Below, piece after piece: positions 38,430 through 47,488 of a stretch of DNA of 64,000 nt (positions are counted from its first letter, which is position 1; every line of letters starts with the position of its first letter). The notes beneath the pieces are model-generated. The model searched no databases. It saw only the letters and a program-made list of their open reading frames with translations, and was not told where the DNA came from. Source of the stretch: Myxococcota bacterium (GTDB taxonomy: Bacteria; Myxococcota_A; UBA796; CAJQPC01). The translations under genes and the position numbers were made by a program. The DNA is taken from contig DASCPX010000137.1 of NCBI GenBank assembly GCA_036012755.1, positions 96,001-160,000 on the forward strand, written 5' to 3'.

Positions 38430-39011
38430 GACCTCGACGTCGACCCAGGTGTAGTAGTCCGGGGCGTTCACGACGATGCCAAGCTGTCCGCCCGTGAGGT
38501 TCGTGACCCTCATCAGCAGGAAGTCGTCCGGGCCGGGTTCGCCCGCGGCAGCTGGCGCGGACCAGCAGGCCTCGAAGGGCACGTAGCCCTGCTCTCCCTC
38601 CTCCTCGTCGTCGATGGAGAACATCTCGATGAGCTCGTCGTCGCGAACCAGGAAGAGCTCGTAGCGCGCCACCAGGCCGGGCTCGTCGACGCGGGCGATG
38701 TGGACGGACACCAACCCGGTGATGGGGTCGAGCACGGGGTAGGTCCACTCGACGAGGGCCCCGGCGCTGAGCAGGAAGTGATCCCCGGTCGCGATGTCCG
38801 TGCGGTGCTCGTCGATCCCGTAGCGTCCGTCTGCATCCGGCGTGGCCGAGCCTCCCTGGACATAGAGCCGGTGCCAGCCGGTTCCTTCCAGGGCGTCTGC
38901 CGGGCTCTTCTCGTAGACCAGGGGCAGCTCGCACTCGGCGGGCTCCGGAGGCGCAGACAAGTCCGGATCCGTCCTGCAGCCGGGCGAAAGCGAGAGTAGG
39001 ATTCCGACCAA
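38418..39011 (-). CDS. Hypothetical lipoprotein
   Basis: ILLSLSPGC leader; protein-like acidic composition; start uncertain. Confidence 0.6.
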   Translation of the reverse strand: MVGILLSLSPGCRTDPDLSAPPEPAECELPLVYEKSPADALEGTGWHRLYVQGGSATPDADGRYGIDEHRTDIATGDHFLLSAGALVEWTYPVLDPITGLVSVHIARVDEPGLVARYELFLVRDDELIEMFSIDDEEEGEQGYVPFEACWSAPAAAGEPGPDDFLLMRVTNLTGGQLGIVVNAPDYYTWVDVEVSEP

Positions 39012-39046
39012 GCGATCACCTATCCGTCTGGTGCCGAAGAGGCCTC

Positions 39047-39967
39047 ATGAAACCAAGCCGCCGGCACCTGCTCGCGGGTAGCGCCAGCCTCGCCGCGCTC
39101 AGCGCCGTGGGCTGCAAGTCCCCAGACTCCCCGCCGGTCACAGACAGCGCCGGCGACTCCACCACGATCGACACCGGCCCGCTGCCCGACCTCGGCGAGC
39201 CAGAGGTCGGCTCGGAGCTGTGGCAGACGATGGCGGCCTACGTGCGCGCCAGCGCCGACGGTGAGATCGGCGGCCGCGTGAACCTCTTCAACCCCGCCGC
39301 GGTGCCTCATCGCGTCGTGGTCCAGGTCTTCACGCTCTACGGCCAGCTCGTGGCGCGAGAGGAGATCTCCGCCCTCGGCGCCGAGCTCTCCGACCACGTC
39401 GAGCTGCACGACCTGCTCGAGCGGAACGATGTGCCGCTGCCCTTCGAGGGCCACCTCTGGGTGGGGGCGACCCCCGAGTCCGGCAGGAGCTTCATGGGCC
39501 TGCAGGGCATCATCTTCGACTGGTACGGGCCCGCGCACATCGCCTCCGTCCACGGTATGCGGGATTTCGGCAACTCCAACTCCGACTCCAGCTGGTCGGA
39601 CCTCATCCTGCCCAAGGTGATCAGCACCGAGCGCTACGTCTCCCGGGTCGCCATCGTGAACGCGACCGCTGACGGCGTCTCAGAGGGACTCAACGCGCGG
39701 CCGCAGGTGATCATCAGGGACGACGAGGGCGAGGAGCTCGTCAACTTGGAGCTCGATGAGCTCCCGCCCTACTGCGCGACGATCTTCACGGTGGACGAGC
39801 TGCCTGGCGGCGACGCGCTGTCCATCGGCAGCATCCAGATCCTCGAGCCGGAGGCCGGGCTCGTCGCCATGGCCTTCCTCGTCGATCGCGACAACGACGG
39901 CTTCGTCTCGGCGGATCACTTCTTCGACCGCCACTTCGTCACCCACCTCGCCGGCTTCGTCGGCTGA
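39047..39967 (+). CDS. Tat-exported lipoprotein of unknown function (paralog A)
   Basis: SRRHLL twin-arginine motif and AVGC lipobox. Confidence 0.75.
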   Translation: MKPSRRHLLAGSASLAALSAVGCKSPDSPPVTDSAGDSTTIDTGPLPDLGEPEVGSELWQTMAAYVRASADGEIGGRVNLFNPAAVPHRVVVQVFTLYGQLVAREEISALGAELSDHVELHDLLERNDVPLPFEGHLWVGATPESGRSFMGLQGIIFDWYGPAHIASVHGMRDFGNSNSDSSWSDLILPKVISTERYVSRVAIVNATADGVSEGLNARPQVIIRDDEGEELVNLELDELPPYCATIFTVDELPGGDALSIGSIQILEPEAGLVAMAFLVDRDNDGFVSADHFFDRHFVTHLAGFVG

Positions 39968-39978
39968 AAGGAGCGAAC

Positions 39979-40824
39979 ATGGCTGATGCCGTGACCCTGG
40001 CCCGCTTCTGGCAGCTCTACGAGTCCGGGTACCTGCCCTCGGTAGGCTCGTGGGTGCAGGTGGCGCCTGACTCGGACCTCACCACGGTGCTCAACGCCTT
40101 CAACTCCCTCGGCGAACAGCAGCTGGAGATCTTCCTCATCGACCAGTCCGGGAGCACGGTGGTCTGGCACGTGCCGGACCCGCTGGCGACCAACAAGACG
40201 CTTCGGATCGACCTCGAGACGATCATCCCGGCTGAGTCCCTGCCATTCGAGGGTGCGGTCTGGGTCTGGGCCCTCGGCGACAGCTCTGAGGGCAGCATCG
40301 GCCTGCAGGCCATCGACCTGGACTTCGTGGATCGGACCCGCCCAGAGGGCCACAGCGCCGGCAGCGTGCACATCGTCTTCGACTTCATCAACACGCTGTC
40401 GATGGGTCCCTTCATGGACTACGTCTCGCCGCGGGTGCTGGTCGACGCGACCCCCGAGGGGAGCCAGCGGTACCAGAACTACCTGGGCGTGGCGCACATC
40501 CCGCTGGAGCTGGGGACCGCAGGCATGGAGCTCGAGATCTCCCTCACGAACGAGGCCGGCGAGACCCAGACCGCGGATCCGATCGAGCTGGAATCGATGG
40601 GTTCGTGGTTCGGTAGCCTGGAGGCGCTGTTCCCCGGGATGCCGGAGTTCCTGGCCCGTGACGGAGAGGACCGCGGCTACGGCACCGTCAACGTGCGCGA
40701 GGCCAACGGACGAACGACGGGGCTGGCAGGCATGTTGAAGGTGGTCGATGTCGTCAACAGCTCGCTGATGGTCAACCACCTCAACGATCGCAACTTCGCG
40801 CGGCCGGCCATGAAGGAAGACTGA
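39979..40824 (+). CDS. Hypothetical protein without signal peptide (paralog B)
   Basis: AAGGAG Shine-Dalgarno; shares LPFEG-x-x-WV, GLQ and SVH motifs with the upstream gene. Confidence 0.75.
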   Translation: MADAVTLARFWQLYESGYLPSVGSWVQVAPDSDLTTVLNAFNSLGEQQLEIFLIDQSGSTVVWHVPDPLATNKTLRIDLETIIPAESLPFEGAVWVWALGDSSEGSIGLQAIDLDFVDRTRPEGHSAGSVHIVFDFINTLSMGPFMDYVSPRVLVDATPEGSQRYQNYLGVAHIPLELGTAGMELEISLTNEAGETQTADPIELESMGSWFGSLEALFPGMPEFLARDGEDRGYGTVNVREANGRTTGLAGMLKVVDVVNSSLMVNHLNDRNFARPAMKED

Positions 40825-40885
40825 GGGTCGGACCGCGTGACATCGCCGAGGCTCCTCGCTCCTCTCCTGCAACCGAGGAGTCGAG

Positions 40886-42093
40886 ATGCCGCGTGTCGCC
40901 GTCGTTGGGACCGGGCCCGCCGGGCTTGCTGCCGCAGAGCGCCTGGCCGAAGAGGGCCTGGAGGTCACGCTCTTCACGCTGGGGCACCACCTCGACGGCA
41001 AGGCATGCAGCTGGGAGATCGAGGGCGGGCGCACCGTCGAGCACGGACAGCACGTGCTCCTGGGCTTCTACGAGGAGCTGCCGGCGCTGTTGGCCAGGGC
41101 GGGCGTCGACGCTCGCGAGACCACCGTCTCGAACCGGGGCCACTACCGGATCTTCGAGGATCGGGACGGCGAGGCCCACCACCTCTACCTGGGGGAGTGC
41201 TCCCCGGGATCCCTGGTTCGAGGTCTCCGGTACACGGGCTTCACCGCCGCGGAGCTAGCGAAGTTCTCGGTGTTCTTCGCCTCTGTCGCGCCCTCTGTGA
41301 TGCTCGGCGTCCCCGAGGCCTGGTACGACATCTGTCTCTCCGCCTGGGCCCTGCAGAGGGGCTTTCCCCTCAGCCTGGTGACCACCAACGCCTTCCGGTC
41401 GAGCCGCGAGGCCCAGCTCAACTGGCCAGGGGAGATCTCGGCCTACTCGATGCTCAAGACCCTCCGCATCGTCGGGCGGGACTACACCAACGCAGAGGCC
41501 TGCATCCCGGCCGGCGGCATGAGCGCCATCTGGTGGGAGCCCATCGCCCGCCGCATCGAGGCCCTTGGTGGCGAGCTCCGCCGGTACTCCAAGCTGGTCG
41601 GCATCGAGCACGACGACGGACGCCTGTCGGGCCTCACCTTCGCCTCGCCTCGGCCGCACGCCCCCGGCCAGCGCTACGTCGAGGGGACCATCCCCACGGT
41701 GCCCGGGAGCGAGTGGACAGAGGGGGGACTGGACGGCGCCGTGCTGACGCTCCCTGCGCCAGCCTTGCAGGAGGTCCTCGATCGAGACCCCGTCCTGCCC
41801 CACCTGCCCGAGCTGCGAGGCATCGCGCGGCTGAAGACCATCGCGCCTTTGGGCCTGCACGTCTGGCACCGGAACGCGGTCACGGAAGGACCCCTCCATC
41901 GGGGCCGCCCTGCACTTCGTCGGCCAGGAGACCTGCTTCGATGGCCTCACCCTCACCTTCGGTCCCAGCCTGCTGCCGGTGGAGACTCGCTGGTGGACCG
42001 TGGGCCTGGCCGTGATGCCAGAGCTGGTCGTCCCCCTTCGACGGAGAGCCTGGATGGACCGAGTGGGGTGTGGGCTTCACCGGCAGGCTGTAG
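40886..42093 (+). pseudogene. FAD-dependent oxidoreductase (amine oxidase / carotenoid desaturase-like), disrupted near 41885 and 42035
   Basis: VAVVGTGPAGLAAA, DGKACSW, EHGQHVLLGFY; protein-like text shifts frame after RNAVT; the C-terminal FAD motif is missing. Confidence 0.65.
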
Positions 42094-42100
42094 ACCTGGC

Positions 42101-42439
42101 TCAGGTGTCGTCGTCGTCGTTGCAGTTGGAGTCGATGCCGTCTCCGGGGGTCTCTTCGGCGTCAGGATGGATGTTGGCGTCCTCGTCGTTGCAGTCCTCG
42201 TTCGAGTCGTAGCCGTCGCCGTCCTCGTCCACCCGCCCGGTCTCGGCCACGCCATAGAGCGCCACCACGTCGCCGCCGGTGTCCTTGTCGCCGCACGCCG
42301 CCAGGGCGAGGCCCAGGACCACCGCCACGCCCGGCAGGCGTGGATCGATGCTCCGGATGGAGACCCCACAGTGAGGGCAGCGGGGCTCGCTCTTCCGGTA
42401 GAAGCAGGCGCAGGAAGGACAGGGCAGCATCTGGGACAT
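42101..42439 (-). CDS. Small lipoprotein, likely radical SAM substrate (Zn-ribbon leader, LAAC, LYG motif, MopE-like tail)
   Basis: CPSC...CPHC, LGLALAAC, DVVALYGV, DEDGDGY...DCNDEDANIHPDAEETPGDGIDSNC. Confidence 0.8.
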   Translation of the reverse strand: MSQMLPCPSCACFYRKSEPRCPHCGVSIRSIDPRLPGVAVVLGLALAACGDKDTGGDVVALYGVAETGRVDEDGDGYDSNEDCNDEDANIHPDAEETPGDGIDSNCNDDDDT

Positions 42440-42470
42440 GGCGACAGCATGCCACCGCCCGACGGGCTGG

Positions 42471-43667
42471 TCAATCGAGTGGGAGGTCTTCGACGATCAG
42501 CTCGAAGCGACCGTGGTCGAAGGGGGCGCCGGTGGCCTGCTCGCAGCGCACCAGGCGCTCGCGCCGGCCCTGCCTCGCCAGCTCTGTGACCCGGTGGTAG
42601 CAGAAGGGGTTGTTGCCCCGGCGGCCAAGGACGGAGGTGCTCGTGGAGGGGCAGCCGGCCAGGCACACATCGCCGTAGTAGCAGCTGCCGCAGAAGCCCC
42701 AGAGCTGGCTCTGGTCCCGAGATCGGCAAGCCAGCACCGAGGGATCCTGCTCCCAGATCTGGCGCAGGGAGAGCTCGGAGAGCCGGCCGGTGCAGTAGTC
42801 CTCTGTGGGCATCGACAGGCAGGGCTTGACCTTGCCGTCGCTCTCCAGGCCGATCACCCAAGTGCCCCCCTTGCAGCCAGGCCAGTGGGTGGCGCTGCCT
42901 CCCGGACGCGAGCGCAGCACGACCTCGTGGGGCCCGAAGTAGCCCACGTTGTCCCCGGCGAAGATGTCGAAGGGAGGACGGCCTGGCAGCTCGGGAGATC
43001 CCAGCTGGATGGCGGCGAGGCTGTCGATGACGGGCACGACCTCCCAGGGCTGCAGGAGCCAGTCGGGCGCGTCCGCCGCCCTGCCCATCGGCGAGGTCAG
43101 CTGGACCTGCCAGCCGTCCACGCCGTGGGCCCGCAGGAGCTCGGCCAGCTCCGGCAGCTGGTGCATGTTCAGGCGGTTCACCTGGGTATTGGCCGACACG
43201 GGGAGCCCCGCGGCCACCCCCGCGTCGAGGGCGCCGAGGGCCAGGTCGAAGCCGCCCGCCACCCTCCGCATGCGCTCGTGGGCGTCCCGCAGCCCGTCCA
43301 CCGAGACCGCCAGCTGCCCGAGCCCGGCGGTCGCGAGGCGATGGGCCATGGCCAGGTCCAGGGCCCGACCGCCGGTGAGCACCGAGACGAAGACCCCGGC
43401 GTTCACCAGCCCCTCGATGATGAGCTCCAGGTCCTCTCGCAGGTAGGCCTCGCCCCCGATGAGGGTGACCTCGCGGCAGCCCAGCTCGGCCAGCTCGGCC
43501 ACCACCTCCAGCGTCGCCGCCGTGTCCAACTCCCCGGGCTCCGGCAGCCCGGCGCGACTGCCGCAGTGGGCGCAGGCCTGGTCGCAGCGACGGGTCAGCT
43601 CCCACACGGCGTAGACAGGCACGGTCTGGGGCTGGCCGGGTCCTGGCCGCCGGCGGCTGCTGGGCAT
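42471..43667 (-). CDS. Radical SAM/SPASM domain enzyme (splicease / Y_X10_GDL-associated type)
   Basis: AVWELTRRCDQACAHCGSRAG, IGGEAYLR, GDNVGYFGP, GCKGG...ESDGKVKPC, CGSCYYGDVCLAGC, NNPFC. Confidence 0.9.
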   Translation of the reverse strand: MPSSRRRPGPGQPQTVPVYAVWELTRRCDQACAHCGSRAGLPEPGELDTAATLEVVAELAELGCREVTLIGGEAYLREDLELIIEGLVNAGVFVSVLTGGRALDLAMAHRLATAGLGQLAVSVDGLRDAHERMRRVAGGFDLALGALDAGVAAGLPVSANTQVNRLNMHQLPELAELLRAHGVDGWQVQLTSPMGRAADAPDWLLQPWEVVPVIDSLAAIQLGSPELPGRPPFDIFAGDNVGYFGPHEVVLRSRPGGSATHWPGCKGGTWVIGLESDGKVKPCLSMPTEDYCTGRLSELSLRQIWEQDPSVLACRSRDQSQLWGFCGSCYYGDVCLAGCPSTSTSVLGRRGNNPFCYHRVTELARQGRRERLVRCEQATGAPFDHGRFELIVEDLPLD

Positions 43668-43673
43668 CGTCGG

Positions 43674-44144
43674 CTACTCCGCCAGCTTGCGCAGGCGACC
43701 CTCGAGGGCCTCGATGTCCTCTTCGGAGAGGGCGCCGCGTAGGACCTCGACCACCTCTCCCGCCTTGTCCATGACGTAGCTGGTGGGCATCGCAGCCGGA
43801 TCGAAGAGGCCCACCACCGCGCCATCCGGATCCAGGCCCACCAGGAGCGACAGCTCCAAGCGCTTGATCGTCGCGTCGACCGGGGGACGACGGCGATCGA
43901 TGTTGATGGTGATGACCTGGGCGTCGCTGCCTTCGAGGCGCTCGCTCAGGGCGTCCAGCATCGGCAGCTCCGCGAGGCACGGAGCACACCAGGTCGCCCA
44001 GAAGTTCAGGAGTGTGGCCTTGCCCTCCAGCTGGGAACGACCGAGCTGGGCGTCTGCCGTCGTTGGCAGGAGGAAGGCAGGCGCGTCGCTCCCGACGGCG
44101 GTGGCCGCGTGAGCGGGGCCCAGGAAGAGCAGCAGGCAGCCCAT
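43674..44144 (-). CDS. TlpA-family thiol-disulfide oxidoreductase
   Basis: NFWATWCAPCLAELP, MPTSYV; TGATG coupling. Confidence 0.92.
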   Translation of the reverse strand: MGCLLLFLGPAHAATAVGSDAPAFLLPTTADAQLGRSQLEGKATLLNFWATWCAPCLAELPMLDALSERLEGSDAQVITINIDRRRPPVDATIKRLELSLLVGLDPDGAVVGLFDPAAMPTSYVMDKAGEVVEVLRGALSEEDIEALEGRLRKLAE

Positions 44145-45313
44145 CAGTAGACCCACGCCGTCGACGTCCCCCCCGTGCCGCTGTCGACGCCGTCGCTGGG
44201 GGTCACCGTCAAGGTCCACTGCTGGCCTGTGTGCACGTCCTCTCCAGGCACCTCTGTGCCGGTCCCGTAGGCCGCGCCGTCCACCGTCCAGGCCACCGTG
44301 TAGGTGATCGCGTCGCCGTCCGCGTCGACGGACGCGGTGTCGATCATGGCGATGAGGGTGGTGCCCTCCCTGGGGTTGGTGGGGTCGATCCACACCGTGG
44401 GAGCCGTGGGCGCGGTGTTGGCCACCTCGACCTCGTCGCTCGCGACCGTCTCGCCGACCCCCTGGTCGTCGCTGACGGTCAGCTCACAGGACACGAGCTG
44501 CGCGCGCACCACCGAGCCTGCCGCGAGGATCTCGCCCTCGGCTGCCGCCACTCCATCGATCGTCCAGACGATCTCTGTGCTCAGCTCGTCGTCGTCGGCA
44601 TCGTCCTCTCCCAGCCCGATGCAGGTTGCCTCCGTCTCGGCGGTGAGCGGCTGGGGTGTGATCACTGCGGCGCCGAAGGTCGGCGGTGTGTTCGAGATCC
44701 CGACACCTGCCCACGCCTCGGCCCGGGCCTGGCTCCCGTCGACGGTCGCCGCCCTGCAGAGCCACTGCTCGTCGCGGGTGGTCTGGTCCGGGTCCACGCT
44801 GGAGCTGTCGGAGTCCTCTACCTCCACCCCGTCTCGGAACCAGGTGTACATGACCTCCAGCTGCTCGCCGTCGGGGTCCGCCAGCTCGACGGTGGCATCC
44901 AGGGTGTCAGAGGTGGTGGGCTGCTCGGGAGAGAGCGTGAGGCTGATCTCCGGGCCCTCGTTGGCGATCTGCACGTCGTCGAGGACCTCGTCGCTGACCA
45001 GTTCGCCAGCTCGCGCCGTGACGCTGAGGCTCCAGGTCTCTCCCACCGAGGTGAAGGAGGCGGGCACGGCCGCCGCGTCGTCCAGCTCTGGGACCGGCTC
45101 CCCGTCCACGCTCCAGCGCAGCGTCAGCTCGGGTGAGGCGCTCTCGGAGCTCTCCCCCGGGACCAGGACCAGGGCCAGGAGGTCCGCCGCGCTGCCAGGT
45201 GCCTGGGGCTGGATCGACACCACCGGCGCGGTGATCCAGGCGGGCTCCTCTGGCGTCGTGGAGGGTCGACCCCAGTCCTGATCGCAGGCGGGCAGCAGCA
45301 GGAGCCCCAACAT
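44144..45313 (-). CDS. Lipoprotein with about four Ig-like repeats
   Basis: MLGLLLLPAC; repeated P..P, DxDGD/E, W-x-x-DG and VTPxDG units. Confidence 0.75.
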   Translation of the reverse strand: MLGLLLLPACDQDWGRPSTTPEEPAWITAPVVSIQPQAPGSAADLLALVLVPGESSESASPELTLRWSVDGEPVPELDDAAAVPASFTSVGETWSLSVTARAGELVSDEVLDDVQIANEGPEISLTLSPEQPTTSDTLDATVELADPDGEQLEVMYTWFRDGVEVEDSDSSSVDPDQTTRDEQWLCRAATVDGSQARAEAWAGVGISNTPPTFGAAVITPQPLTAETEATCIGLGEDDADDDELSTEIVWTIDGVAAAEGEILAAGSVVRAQLVSCELTVSDDQGVGETVASDEVEVANTAPTAPTVWIDPTNPREGTTLIAMIDTASVDADGDAITYTVAWTVDGAAYGTGTEVPGEDVHTGQQWTLTVTPSDGVDSGTGGTSTAWVY

Positions 45314-46191
45314 CAGGAGCCCACCAGGACGACGGCGGTCGTCACGGGCTCGCCCTCTGTGCGCCCGTCGTAGGGGGTGACGACGCAGTAGACGGTCTCG
45401 GCGCCGGCGTAGTCGTCCAGGTCCAGGCTCGACAGGCTCCCAGGCACCGCGTCGTCGTCCACGTGCCAAGCATAGCGGAAAGCAGCCGGATCGTCGTCCG
45501 CGTCCTCCCAGCCGGTCGTGGACACCGACAACATGTTGTCTTCGACCTCGATCGTCGCGCTGGCGACCGAGGGTGCGGCGTTGTCGATCACCGCGTACTG
45601 CTTCAGCTCCTCGCCCACCTCCTCGCCGTCATCGGGGGTGACGCTGACCTCGACGAGCTGATCTCGCAGCGCCAGGCCAGCCGGCAGCGAGGACGAGATC
45701 TGGGTCTCCAGCGCCGCGCCGTCCACCGCCCACTGGTAGGCGAGGCTGACGGGATCGCCGTCCTCGTCCGAGGTCGTGACCTGGGCGATCAGCGGCTGGG
45801 TGACATCCCCACTCTCGAGCACCACGTCGTCCACGACCGGGGGGGTGTTGACGATGAGCACCTTGGCGCTCAGCGGCGGCTCTCGGGGGCCGTCCAGCTC
45901 TGGGGTGACGACCACCCTCCAGCTCTCGCCCTTCTGGGTCTGGTCCGCTGGGATCACCAGGCCCTCCAGGCCCACGATCTCCTCGTTGTCCCGGAACCAG
46001 GCGGTGGAGATGGCGGAGGTGTTGTCGCTGGTGGTGACCCCTACGAGCAGATCATCTGCCGTCTGCGGTCGATCGGGGCTGAGCACGACCTCGATGACGC
46101 CTCCGGTGTCCTGCTGGGGTTCGCCAGCCTCGCCACCTCCCGGGACATCACAGGCGGCGAGCAGGACGAGGGCGAGGAACTCAGAACGCAC
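45313..46191 (-). CDS. Lipoprotein with about three Ig-like repeats, paralogous to the downstream gene
   Basis: LVLLAAC; DEDGDPV...WAVDG...VTPDDG repeats. Confidence 0.75.
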   Translation of the reverse strand: MRSEFLALVLLAACDVPGGGEAGEPQQDTGGVIEVVLSPDRPQTADDLLVGVTTSDNTSAISTAWFRDNEEIVGLEGLVIPADQTQKGESWRVVVTPELDGPREPPLSAKVLIVNTPPVVDDVVLESGDVTQPLIAQVTTSDEDGDPVSLAYQWAVDGAALETQISSSLPAGLALRDQLVEVSVTPDDGEEVGEELKQYAVIDNAAPSVASATIEVEDNMLSVSTTGWEDADDDPAAFRYAWHVDDDAVPGSLSSLDLDDYAGAETVYCVVTPYDGRTEGEPVTTAVVLVGS

Positions 46192-47284
46192 TGGTCACTC
46201 CGAAGCGACCCACGTGGGCGACGAAGGACCAGTCGTCGTGGGTCTGGAGATAGTAGTCGTATGCCAGGTGGACGGAGAGCTGGGTGAGGCGCTCTGGATC
46301 GAGGCGCGAGCGCACTGGCTCGAGGTCGACCACGGCCTGGGTCCCCCAGAGCTGGCTCACCATGGCGTCGTACTTGTAGTCCAGGCTGAGGTAGGTGAGC
46401 TGGCGGGCCTCGGCCGCGGTGTAGCTGTCCTGGTGGAAGTCCGACGCGGTCTGCACGTAGTGCCTGTAGCGGAGTCCCAGGATGACCAGCTCGCCGACGT
46501 GCTGGTTGTAGGCGAGCTCGGCGGTCACCGAGCGGATCCCCCAGTCGTCCCGGTAGAGCCTCACGAAGGGGTGGAGGGCCCCCCGGATCGGCACCCACTG
46601 GTCCACTCGCAGCGAGGCGGCCTCTCGGAAGCGGCGCTCGGGGTGGGTCTCCATGACGTAGACCGGACTCTGTTCGGCGTGGGAGACGATGTCCGAGTAG
46701 TAGGGGCTGGCCTGGTAGCCACGCACCCAGGTGGGGCTGTAGCTCAGGGTCAGCACCGTTCCGCGCGTGAGGACCTGGGCGAAGGTGAAGCGCCAGGCGT
46801 CGGTGTCCTTGCGGAGTGACTCCGTGCCGGCCTGGCCCAGGCGCAAGGGCTCGATGGTGTCGAAGCTGTGGTACCAGTAGGCATCCAGGGTGGTGCAGCG
46901 CTGGGCGAAGTCGCGGCTGAGACCGCCCCCCACCGTCGTCGAGCCGTAGTCGGGCTCCACGCTGCGCTCCAAGAGCATCGAGCCCCGCTGTGCCCCGCGG
47001 TCGTAGCCCACGCCCAGGCTGCCGGCGCGGCGGGTCTCCTCGCCCATCTCCGGGCTCGCCGAGCTCATGCCGTCGATGCGTCGGGATGCGGAGGAGATCA
47101 CGTCCACGAAGGCTCTGCCGGTCACCGCCACCGTGTCGGAGACGTCCATCGAAGCGTTGGCAACGGGAGTGGACACCAGGGTGCCAAGGGAGTCGGTGTA
47201 GAGGTGGCCCGAGACCATCACCCGTTCATCCGCAGCCGCCACCCCGACCAGGGCGGCACCGAGCAGGGCGAGGCTCAGTTGCAA
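46181..47284 (-). CDS. DUF3570-family outer-membrane beta-barrel
   Basis: DVISSAS, EPDYGS, YQASPY, ETHPERR, RLYRDDWGIRS, YRHYVQT; C-terminal Phe. Confidence 0.85.
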   Translation of the reverse strand: MQLSLALLGAALVGVAAADERVMVSGHLYTDSLGTLVSTPVANASMDVSDTVAVTGRAFVDVISSASRRIDGMSSASPEMGEETRRAGSLGVGYDRGAQRGSMLLERSVEPDYGSTTVGGGLSRDFAQRCTTLDAYWYHSFDTIEPLRLGQAGTESLRKDTDAWRFTFAQVLTRGTVLTLSYSPTWVRGYQASPYYSDIVSHAEQSPVYVMETHPERRFREAASLRVDQWVPIRGALHPFVRLYRDDWGIRSVTAELAYNQHVGELVILGLRYRHYVQTASDFHQDSYTAAEARQLTYLSLDYKYDAMVSQLWGTQAVVDLEPVRSRLDPERLTQLSVHLAYDYYLQTHDDWSFVAHVGRFGVTSAF

Positions 47285-47481
47285 CCGCAGCCCCCGCCGG
47301 CGACCGCGTAGCCGCCAGCGCTGCCTTCACGCGTGCAGATGAAGTGCTGCTCGAGGAAGAGGGACTCGGGGATCAGCTCCGGCTGCATGACCGGGTCGGC
47401 CAACAGCTCCCGCTCATAGGACCGCACGGTGGCGCAGCCGCTCAGCAGCAGCACCAGCAGGACCTTCAAGAGTGTCTTCAT
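47275..47481 (-). CDS. DUF4266-family small lipoprotein
   Basis: LSGCATVRSYERELLADPVM...REGSAGG...GGGCGCN. Confidence 0.9.
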   Translation of the reverse strand: MKTLLKVLLVLLLSGCATVRSYERELLADPVMQPELIPESLFLEQHFICTREGSAGGYAVAGGGCGCN

Positions 47482-47488
47482 GGGCACC

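Noticed and set aside
41886..42589. 567-aa full-length oxidoreductase as given in the ORF track
   Set aside because: The last ~230 aa are out-of-frame or antisense text overlapping the radical SAM substrate gene.
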